Of a stretch of DNA of 64,000 bases, positions 50,934 to 61,169 are shown piece by piece. The stretch comes from Auanema rhodensis. Its lineage: Eukaryota > Animalia > Nematoda. How positions within the stretch are numbered: position 1 is the first letter of the stretch; every line of letters begins with the position of its first letter. Made by a program: the position numbers and the translations under genes. The stretch lies in the NCBI GenBank assembly GCA_964057225.1, contig OZ059896.1, forward strand, positions 16,926,001 to 16,990,000. The letters are read 5' to 3'. Below the pieces are notes generated by a model, which was given only the letters and a program-made list of their open reading frames with translations, searched no databases and was not told the origin of the DNA.

Positions 50934-53900
50934 TCACTGCTTTCTCTCTTTTTCATCTGGATCCGTTCGGCATATACCTGTCTTGCGCATAGCTGCTACC
51001 ATCTCGTTGCCTGATTCTTTCGGAATCAGTTTGAATAGGGGATGTCGTCGTAACATCTTCTTGAACTCAGATTCATCTCCCACAATTCCAATTATAGTTA
51101 AACGTGCTGAAAGTATTACACATAAGTTGTTATTTTCTTCGAGATAGTTTTCTTTATGAGACTTCTCTCGTTTTTGATCTTTGATTAAGTTAAGTGAGAA
51201 CACAAAGGGCAATAACCGGGCTGGCAAGGGAAGCCTATCGAGGGACGGTGAAGATGTGAAGAGAAGAGAGAATTAGAGGGACAGAGAGTGAGAGAGGGAA
51301 ATAGAGAGAGGGAGGGAGGATAGAGAGGGAAGAAGGACGAGAGAGAGAGAGAAAGAGAGAGAAATAGAGAGTGAGAGAGAGAGAGAGAAAGAGAGAGAAA
51401 AAAGTACCTAAGAGAAAGAAAGATAAGGTTTTGGAAAGATGTAGGAACATAGCCAAGACTATTTCAGCGACTTAAGTTAAACTTCACAGTCTGCTCTCCG
51501 TATTAACACTTCTGGCCATGACAATGACCCCAAAGAGATAAGCTATTGTTGTTACGTCATTTGAAATGATTTGATTTTTTTTGTTATAAGCAAGTTCAGA
51601 TTGGGTTCGAAAACAGATCACGCCCATTAAAGGTATGAAATGTTCAATGATTTCACATATAAGGAGAAAAAAATTTTGTGACTGATGGCCGAATGGTGGT
51701 TTATTATATGTAGCAGAATGAATTGCATATTATTTGATTTTGTGGATCATTTTAATTCGTACGAAAAACATCTCGCATTGACATACTCATGTCACAGCCA
51801 ATTTCTCAGCTAGACAGGTCATGAAAAATAGCAAATTGAATTACTGTTTCAAATAAAACGCTTTCTAATATAATTCAAATAAGGTTGGCTGACCTTGCAA
51901 TTCAATTTAACAGCCTATATTCTTGGAATACGTCATTCACCGAACTACAAGGGATGGTCGAAGTTCGACCTCGAGAAGCTATTCCAAACTTTTCAGATCA
52001 CAGGTATAAATTTTAGGGTCACATCAACACAAATTTTAAAAATACGTAATCAAGGATCGGGTTGATACGAATCAAATTAGTAAAAGAGAAAATGATAAAT
52101 CATACTTATATCGTCAATTGGTATTCCTAGCTCTGAATAATTTTTTTCTGATAAATCTATGTCATAAGCACAACCAACAATCATCTTGTTATTGATTTCA
52201 ATATCATCTAACAGCCTTAAACAGTTAATATGTGTATAAGTTCTTAAAACTTTGATTTTCTTTTTTTTTGTTGCCATCCTTTCCCAAGAAGGAAGTTACA
52301 AGTTGATTACGTAAGGAACCTACTTCTGCCTGCATTCTTCATAGTTCAAATTGCTAAAATCGGCTGCTTTTCCCATATATGATAGAGTTGTCTATAAGAA
52401 CAAAAAAATCTCAAATTAACTTCCTCGGTTTTCAGTTGTTCATTCAGAAACAAAAAAAACGGAACGAAGGTCTATACAACTTTCCAAATACTTACGGAAC
52501 ATCCATAGATAGCGGGAAGTGGAAACAGAGTGTAATGTCTGCTGTTCCGTATTCCATGTACCTTCAGATCATCATCTTCTTTCTTGCTCTAGATATACAG
52601 GTGATATAAGGAAAATGCAAGTTCGTGCAAACATACAAGCTCCAGGAGATCTGTAGTTACTTTGGAATGGGTGTTACCCTTTTCAGGAGTATAATCATGA
52701 ACTGATGTGGCTTGATTGAAAAACGGCCGCAAGCCTGACTTTTCCAAGTCATCTTCAAAAAAAATGCTTATATAATTAAAAAAAACTTTAATACTAAAAC
52801 ATATATTAAATAAAATGAAATATAAATTCTTACTTTTCAGTCCTTCATAAAAATATGTTAATGGATAAATAGTTACATCATCACTTTGCTCAATGATAGG
52901 CTCCGACATGCATCGTATTGAAACTTTTAAACCATGACAATCTCGTGTACGAAATTGTTGACAAATTGTCAAAATTGTGCACGACTCACAATCTCGGATA
53001 AAAACGCTGCAACGAATTAGTATAAAGCCTATTTTCTTTTTCATCCGGTTTGTCTATGTTCTTTATTTATTATTTTTGAAACATGCTCAACTCTGTTGCT
53101 TCTTGAAACTGATTGCAGTGAAAATAAACAACAGCTTCTGGTTTAGCTATTGATATCAGTTTGTGAACACAATGAACGACATGTGAGAATCTTACAAGTT
53201 ACGTTAATGAATTTTTGCGCTGAATGTTCTATTTGCTGACAGGAATTTTCGTCTTATAACAATCATCAAGATGACGAAAGTTTAATGGCTAACCTTATTA
53301 TTTTATTTAATTCTTCCTCTCTCTCTCTCTCTCTCCCAGAAACTAGTATACGTTACAAGAAAAAAGTAGTATTATAAGAAATGAGGGAACCACAAAATTC
53401 TAAGAAAACAGTTTTCTTTCACACACGGTATACATAAATTTGTTTTGATATTGTCGAAATAATCCAAAAAGAAAAGAAAACGCGTAAATGTTTATAAATA
53501 TAAGAATGATGAGGATATTATAATGATGATAATGTTCTATTAAATTTAACTAATATACTCATTAAATTATTCTCATTAAAAATATGTTACTTATCTAAAT
53601 CATAATCATTTATGTAATATATTTTATTTCTATTTTTTCATTTGAATGAGAATTTTACTTTTTTTTCATGTAGAGGTTTGAAATTGCACAAAAGGGCATA
53701 TTTTAATTGTATGATATATCATAATGATTGAAGCAATTATTATGAATTTTTAAAATAGAATATTTCGGACTTACCTCCCGGTACAAGGACCAAGAATAAT
53801 TAAACAATCTCGACAATCATCTATATTAATGGAAGCTGTGTGGCCCAGTATAATAATTGTACTTTCCTAAAACAGAAAAAAAATATTTTGGGTAAAAGTT

Positions 53901-54309
53901 TTTTTCAGTTATAATATATACTTATGGAAAATGATATATATATATAATTTTAATTCTGTTATCATATTCTGCTATTAATACAAATAATCACCTTGCAATT
54001 TTCAATCACTGCGGGGTCTCCATTAAAATCTTTCCTCAGCTCTGTACCATTGGCAACGTCTTTCAAAATTAGATTAGCAACATTGGAAGGTTCGCGTTTA
54101 TCCCTGTAAATATCATGATGATCTCATGAATTAAAAATATTGATATCTAATGCATATAATATATTACGGAAGATGTTTATGGAGAATGTACAAAGGAAAA
54201 CGTACCAAGAGAACTGAGTTTCCTGCGTATGACTCGAGTTTTCTTTGACTTTATACTGATCTTCCCGTTTGGGACGTCTGGGCTTATGAACACAGCATAT
54301 CCAAGGCAT
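50934..54309 (-). CDS. rpi-2: XRP2 / retinitis pigmentosa 2 ortholog (TBCC-domain ARL3 GAP)
   Basis: QFSW-DKR; IENCK-ESTIII...[28 protein letters not shown]...CQQFRTRDC...EPIIEQS (TBCC beta-helix with the arginine-finger QQFR motif); VHDYTP. The last exon is probably 51106-50934 (TTTCAG acceptor, in phase); the C-terminal exon structure is less certain. Confidence 0.85.
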
Positions 54310-55233
54310 ACTGATGAAAAGTTATGTCTTGAGCCTCGACTAACAGCCTTATTGCAGGTGTAGCAATGGCTTAATCGTCTGCTCAAGGCTTTTCTCGAAT
54401 GAAACTGTTGCCATGGAAACATTGCCGTCGTCCCTCCCTCCACATGGCTACGTGAATTCTCTTCACAGCAGGATAAATAATCCTAATACGAAGAATATTT
54501 CTGGTTATTGATAACTTTCAGTATCTTCGCGAAATGCGAATTAGGAACAAAAGATGAAAAGCTGAAAAAAATGTTCATGAGGTGATGATTATAAGATGTA
54601 TAGAAACAAAAAACAACAACGTATATATATATATATATATGCAAATATATAAAATATATGCTATATAAATATATATTTTTTACCAGATATAGGATTATTT
54701 GAACTGCCAATTTCTAATTCAACTTTAAAATGTCAAAAAAAAAGCAAATAAACATCAGAAAACTACGATGCTACAAGTATTTTCAGGAAAAACAGCGGAC
54801 ACTGCCAAATCACACCCATTCGTGCGTCAGACCGAAAAATCCGTGTTATATCTAGATTTGTTTGAATTTTTCATAACTTTGCCAGACAAAGTTTCCTGTC
54901 TCTTAAAGATGTCTATTGTTAGCGGCTTTCTATGAAAACAACTAGAACTCCAAACGAACTTTTTCCAAAATACAAACTGCATCCAAATTCCACAAACAAC
55001 GGAGTAAAGTTTGTGCATTCACCAGAAATATTCATAAATAAAAAACGAAATTGAAAAAACAATCTCTTTATATTATTCCCACTTCAACAACCAATTAACA
55101 TCAACAAAAATCGCTAGTATCCCTTTCATCAGTTAGCATTCCATTCCAATTTTTTAAAAAAAAATATTATACAAGATATAAAAAACGATTTTGAAATTTA
55201 GGTTATATACAAGTGAGAGAAAATACTAGAGAT

Positions 55234-55886
55234 CTATTCAGTCTTTGGACAGTCACGGGAGATATGTCCAGTTTCCTGGCAATTGTAACAGCGCTTGGCA
55301 TCAACAGATCCAGTCTCGCTGCACTCACGGGAGATATGTCCAGACTTTCCGCAATTGTAACAACGTCTACCATTTCCTCCACCTGCTCCTCTGTCTCCTA
55401 AACAGTACACAGTTAAAATCAAATATTATCAAAAAAGCTAACCGTAGTTGCCACCGCGTCCACCACCAGATGGGCATTCTCTGGCAAAATGTCCAGTTCC
55501 CTTGCATTGATAGCACTCAACATCAGAGTTTCCTCCTCTACGATAAGATTGACGTCCTCCTTGATCTTGAGGGCATTCACGGGAGAAATGTCCAGTCTCA
55601 CCACAGGAGTAGCAGGCTGTAAAATAATTTATAGATTGTCATCCCAGAATAATCTCCCCTAATCGCGCACTTCGTCACCTCCGGCACCAACAAAACACAT
55701 TATACAAATAAAATCTAATTTTTTGGAGGAAGCGAGAAGAATTACCTAAGAAGCGCTCAACAACCCAAAACACCACCAACATCGTCCTCCTCCTCCTCCT
55801 CCTCCTCTGCGTTCGTCCTGATAGTTGGGACAGTTACGGGAAATGTGTCCAACGGTTTGGCATTTGTAGCATTCAACGTCAGACAT
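55234..55886 (-). CDS. CNBP/GIS2-like protein with five CCHC zinc knuckles and RGG linkers
   Basis: Exons 55886-55781, 55616-~55443, ~55398-55234 encode CYKCQTVGHISRNC, CYSCGETGHFSREC, CYQCKGTGHFAREC, CYNCGKSGHISREC and CYNCQETGHISRDC. TTTTCAG acceptor (trans-splice-like) 7 nt upstream of the ATG. Confidence 0.92.
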
Positions 55887-56262
55887 GGTTAACCTGAAAA
55901 TAATTGCGATAGACAAATTACGAACAATAATATTATAATTTTAGTTAAAAATACAAGATATACTATACAGAATTAATTCTTATAATTATTATATACCCAA
56001 AAATATAGTTGAGACCTCGTGAGTTTGTCTCTGATGTGCATGTTATTACGGTATGTCACCGCATTTTCAAAATAGTCATCGTTTAGCATTGGAGCGAGTT
56101 AAATTGTCGTTAGAGCATTACACTAAACCTTTATTGTTAAATGCAACCAATAAACCATTGTGGCACTGATAATATTGTTTTATTTTTTCTTCATTATCAT
56201 TCTTATAAATATGTGTATTTAATATTTTTTTATATAAATAAATGTTTATTGCTCATTAAGCT

Positions 56263-57296
56263 ATGGATACTATGCATGATGAGAAAAGAGAGGCTATTCC
56301 AGCCCTTGGATATTATCCACATGAACCAATTAGTACTGGTGTAAGTAATTACTAAAGAAATTTTATTCGAATTTAAAATCAGCATCTTATTGTTTTAGAC
56401 AACTCTTATTGCTATGGAATATGACGGTGGAGTAGTTGTTGGAACTGATTCCAGAACTAGTGCTGGGTTAGTTAATGTCACTGTTTTACATATTCAATTT
56501 GGTATTTTAAGTTCATTCATTTCTTCCCGTGCTACCAACAAAATTACCCCAATTACTGATAATTTGGTTGTTTGTCGATCTGGATCTGCTGCTGATACTC
56601 AAGCAATTGCTGATATTGCCAAGTACTATTTGGAAGTATTCAGGTACCTTTTACAGTATTTAATAATTATAAATATTTCCTCTAGTCTGAAAGAACGTTC
56701 ACCTATTTCTGTTTATCGTTCAACTCAAATCTTTCGTTGGTTCTTGCACAAATACAGGTAAATTTATCTTGTTAAATAATTTTTATAAAGATGAATTTAA
56801 GAGATCAACTTTCCGCTTCCGTTCTTGTCGCTGGTTGGGATGAACAAGAGGGAGGACAGGTAAGTATATGTGTTATCATTTTATTTCAACTCCTTTCTTA
56901 GCTTTATGCTATTCCTCTTGGTGGATTTGTCTCCAGACAGCGTTGCACTGCCTCTGGATCTGGATCTACCTTTGTTCAGGTTTGTAGTGTTTTTTGTTCA
57001 GTTTTGATTTGATTTGCTTAGGGATTCTTGGATAATGCATGGAAGCCTAACATGACCAAAGAAGAATGTAAAGCTATTGTAAAACAAGCTGTTGGTCTCG
57101 CTGTATTCAGAGATGGGTTAGTATTCACTTCATATTCTTATTTGTTTTTGCTTCTCTTAGATCATCTGGTGGAGTTGTCAGAATAGCCACAATTGATAAG
57201 GAAGGTACTAACCTCGAATTATACCGTCCAGATAAGCCAGGATTCCCAAGTGTTCTTCCTCCTCCATCTCATGTGACCTTTGCTACTCAGAATTAA
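56263..57296 (+). CDS. pbs-1: 20S proteasome beta-1 subunit (PSMB6 ortholog)
   Basis: Propeptide ...PISTG then TTLIAMEYDGGVVVGTDSRTSAG, CRSGSAADTQAIAD, ASGSGSTF, RDGSSGGVVR; short introns; TAA at 57294-57296. Confidence 0.96.
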
Positions 57297-58008
57297 CAAT
57301 TTGAATAAGGTGCAAAGTGTAAATTAATGGGTTATGTGAACTCTTATCGAACCAACTTTTCTCATCTAATTATTTATTGTATACAGATAAAATAAAGGTT
57401 GTCTTTACTCCGAACCCCTGTGTACTTGTGAAAGGGAAATAACCTAAAAGTATTTCAACGAGTTTGTCTCTTTCCAGAAGTCAACTTTCGATTTTATTTT
57501 ACCTTTCATGAGGTTGATGACAGGCATAAGGCAATTATAATATACGGCCTAGTTGTATGCGGTCATTGCAAACCAAATTGACTATTCCAGAAACTGACCA
57601 GTATCACGACCGGATTTTTCATTCAAAATTAGCTTTCTAAATTTTGTGACACATGGTCATGATTGGCAATCTCTTTTAGATTATGATGACCTGAAATTTT
57701 AGAATTCAAGATAGTGGCATTAAAAAGTATTGTATGTTTATTACTAATATTATCGGATATTTCATAACAATATACAATATATATTCATATACAATAGTGA
57801 TATAATAAAGCTATTACTTTAAAAATATGAAAGAGTTACGGTATTCGGGAACATTTTTAAAATATTAGCTTTTTTGTAACATGAGAATATTTTTTGGTTC
57901 GAAATCCTTTGGATTTTCTCCAAATAATTGCAAGTATGGATCTTAAAGCGTTAAAGAGATTACGTTTGTATACATTAACATTGGATTTTACACTAATTCC
58001 ACTACAAC

Positions 58009-59060
58009 TTAAAACCTGCAGTCGACAAACTGAAGTATTCTTCCAAGTATGGTCCAAGTGTATTGACTGCCGCCAACATTAGTACAGGTAGCCAGGAGAC
58101 TTGGCGCAGCAGATATAGATGCCCGTTGCTAAATTTCTCATGTTTAAAATGTTCAAAGTTGCCTTTTTGTCTTAGAATATTCAAAAAAAAGTAATATTTT
58201 CCATATATAGATATCTTATGTTATGCGTTAAAAAGACAAGGTTTCCATAGGTGAATAAGAGCTGCTTTAGGATTGCCTTAGTAACACGAAACTAGTGTAA
58301 GGAAGCCAAAGCATCATCGTATAGTCGAAATATTTTCCGTAAGAGAGACTACGAAAAACTTTGGTATTGGAAAAACTATGAAAACTGAAAATTTGCTGAG
58401 AAAAACAGAAAATAGACTATATACACTATTTTAGTGATTATAACCTAAAGCGATCCTAAGTTACCGAAGTTATAATTGACTATTTTTTGTTTCCTCCCTT
58501 TTTAGCGAATGAAACAAGTATTTTCCCCTCACAATAAAAACACAATTTCTGTTTTTTTGCTAGAACATTCAATATTGAATAGTATTTTATTTTAATTTCC
58601 ATATGATATGTGCTAACCTGATCATATCCTTCTACGGTGGCGGGCTGACCACCTGTTGAACACGTTATTGCCACTGTGGCTCCTTGGGCATGGGTATTTC
58701 CAAAGGACACATCGCTATAGTCGAATCTGGAAGGTTGAGCTTAGTATGATTCTAATGTTAGGACAATTTTTCGAAATTATTACATCTCGCATCATTTGCG
58801 ACGTACCTGTACTGATCACTTTGATCAACTGCAGATACAGGATAGAGTATCAAATCAGAACAACGAGCTCCGACTTGGGCTGAAAATCACTTCAATAAGA
58901 AACTTGTTTTGTAATATTTTGAAAGAAAAGGCGTGAGTAATTCCATACGAATACGTGATAAGTTGACATTACCTGGATCACTGCTTTGAACAAAGCCTGG
59001 AGGTGCACAGCAATAAACCAGAGAGAAGAGAGAAAGAAGTATGGGAATGGGCGAACCCAT
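58009..59060 (-). CDS. Small secreted Cys-containing protein, nematode C6-domain-like
   Basis: MGSPIPILLSLFSLVYC-CAPPG..., ARCSDL..., GATVAITCSTGG..., LLATCTNVGGSQYTWTILGRILQFVDCRF; four phase-consistent exons. An alternative last mini-exon at ~57690 (RSS-stop) is possible. Confidence 0.65.
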
Positions 59061-59316
59061 TTTTGTAGAAAAGTCGGACAAAATCAGGTAAGTTCCTTAA
59101 AAAATTTGCAAAGGTATGCTTTAAAATTCGAAGACTAATAAAGATGATTCCTCAAGTTAAATGTAAGAATTCAGTTAATTAGTGGAAATAAAAAAGCCAT
59201 TTTGGTTATCGAATTGACCAGGTTCATGATCAACTTTATTAAAAAAGAAAAGTTGGCAAGGAAAAAAAAATATAAAACGATGAGACTGAATTGGACTAGT
59301 TCTTTTTGAAGTAATA

Positions 59317-59494
59317 GAACAGGGGATAGCTCCTATAGTCTCTGGATCTCCGGATTCGTTCGCTTCCAGCCTATGCTCTTCTGGGAGGGGCGGGCTAGAA
59401 TTTCGGTGAACTATCCATGTATGGACTACCTCCTCTTCTGGAAGGCCGAAATCATACAGTGGAAACAGAAAGCCGGTTACTACTGTCCGTTTTT
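59317..59494 (+). ncRNA. Candidate ~175-nt structured RNA, family not recognised
   Basis: GC-rich island in AT-rich intergenic DNA; the 5' and 3' ends can pair; two internal stems rich in G-U pairs; ends in a T5 run. Confidence 0.3.
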
Positions 59495-60408
59495 AAATGA
59501 AATTATAGACATAAAGAGAGAGAGAGAATGGGGGAAAAGTAATTTCTGAACGCTTTCAATTGAGTTGTGAATTAATAGAAAATATTTTGTGAAAGGTAAA
59601 TTAAAGTTCTAATTCCATATGATAAAATTTGAAACATAAGTATTTATGTAATAAAAATACTTTTTTTTTTATAAATTTTCAATTACGAAGTACTTCGAAA
59701 ACCGAAAATTCTTATTCTATTCATTGTGTTCCATCATTGAAAATGTTCGTTTCACATGGATATGCACGTGAAAACGTACTCCATTATGTGTTTTCTCATT
59801 AAACTATCGACGAAACGGTTGTTAACTATAGTAGAATGATTAAAGTATTAAATTTAAAAAATTAAAATAGCATTCTTGTTCATAGAACTTTAATAGATCA
59901 TCAATCAAAGATATTAATCACAAACGCTAGGTTAAAATTTCAAATAGTTATAATAGTTAGGAATCAAAGTGCCTATTATTACTTCTATGAACCATAATTT
60001 AACTATAAAAAGCAAAACTTAACTTTAATGAACGTTATGATTGTAGTATGAAACGGAAATACTTTTTTTCATTACATTTCAACAAGGAAGACTGATTTTT
60101 TGATATCAACTGTACCAAATATCGAAAAGGCTTTGGTTTTCGTTTAAAGAACTCTTGGTCTCAAAAATGAATTTTGCGCAAATGACTTTTCTTTGGTTAA
60201 TAGAAATTATCGCTCAATGAAAGATCGCTTTGTGGCATCTGTTTCGTCTCATCTAGTGTTTTTCTTATCTTCGAAACAGACACTATTTCTTCATAAATCG
60301 GACAAAAACGAGACTATACAACACATCTTGCCAAAAAAGGACAACGGAAAACAGCAGCATAGATCACCTTTCAACAACTTTCAGCGTGCATTATTACAAC
60401 AATCTTGA

Positions 60409-60415
60409 TATAAAA
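60409..60415 (+). promoter_or_regulatory. TATA box of the Pro/Arg-rich peptide gene
   Basis: TATAAAA ~43 nt upstream of the ATG at 60452. Confidence 0.65.
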
Positions 60416-60451
60416 GGATGATTGTAGACTTGAATAATCAGATCAAGCATC

Positions 60452-60912
60452 ATGAAGCTTTTCCTTGCCTTGGTAAGTATTCTAGTTGACATTCCCTGAT
60501 ATTAACTTGTTCACTTCAGGTACTATTCTTCGTCGCTTTCGCCACCATTGAGGCTAGACGCAACCGTTTGGACAGAGGTAAATCAACTTCTTTCTTTGAA
60601 ACTTTGTTAATATTGCATTATTTTCAGTTGACCGCAACCTCCGTGGAGACCCATGCGACATTATGTGCCCAAGAAGAGACGGATGGGACAGATGTGAAAT
60701 TGTCAAGGAGCGTGGAGAGACCTCTGTAAGTTATACTAACCTTTCTACTAAACATTTAAAATCATTCAAATTTGTTATTATAGGTTAGATGCACTGATAA
60801 CAGACCAGACCCACCACCAACTTTCGGACGTCCACCAATCGGACGCCCACCAGTCGGACCCCCACCAATCGGACGTCCACCAGTTTCAGGACCATACGGA
60901 CCACGCGGTTAA
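60452..60912 (+). CDS. Small secreted peptide with a 4-Cys domain and a Pro/Arg/Gly-rich tail (antimicrobial-peptide-like)
   Basis: Four exons with canonical sites give MKLFLALVLFFVAFATIEA-RRNRLDRVDRNLRGDPCDIMCPRRDGWDRCEIVKERGETSVRCTDNRPDPPPTFGRPPIGRPPVGPPPIGRPPVSGPYGPRG-TAA; TATA box upstream, AATAAA at ~60964; codon usage typical of highly expressed genes. Confidence 0.85.
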
Positions 60913-61169
60913 AAAACTTAATGATTCTCATTTAAAACCTTAAAGCTTTTTTCAATGAATTAAAATAAATTTTTACTTTTCAACTTATTTTTCTTTGACT
61001 CATAAGTAATAAGAGACTAAAATATAAATAACAATTTTATTCAATGAATTATAGTAAAGATAATTATTTATAATGGGAATATGATAAAACTTTTTCCCAA
61101 TAATATTACATATTTAAGTCAAATTGAAAAATATTTTTAGAAAGCTTTTTCATATGATGAAGGTGAATA

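Noticed and set aside
59322-59380. tRNA-like start GGGGATAGCTC with GTTCGCTTCC
   Set aside because: No cloverleaf, no matching acceptor stem and an imperfect B box; kept only as part of the unidentified RNA candidate.
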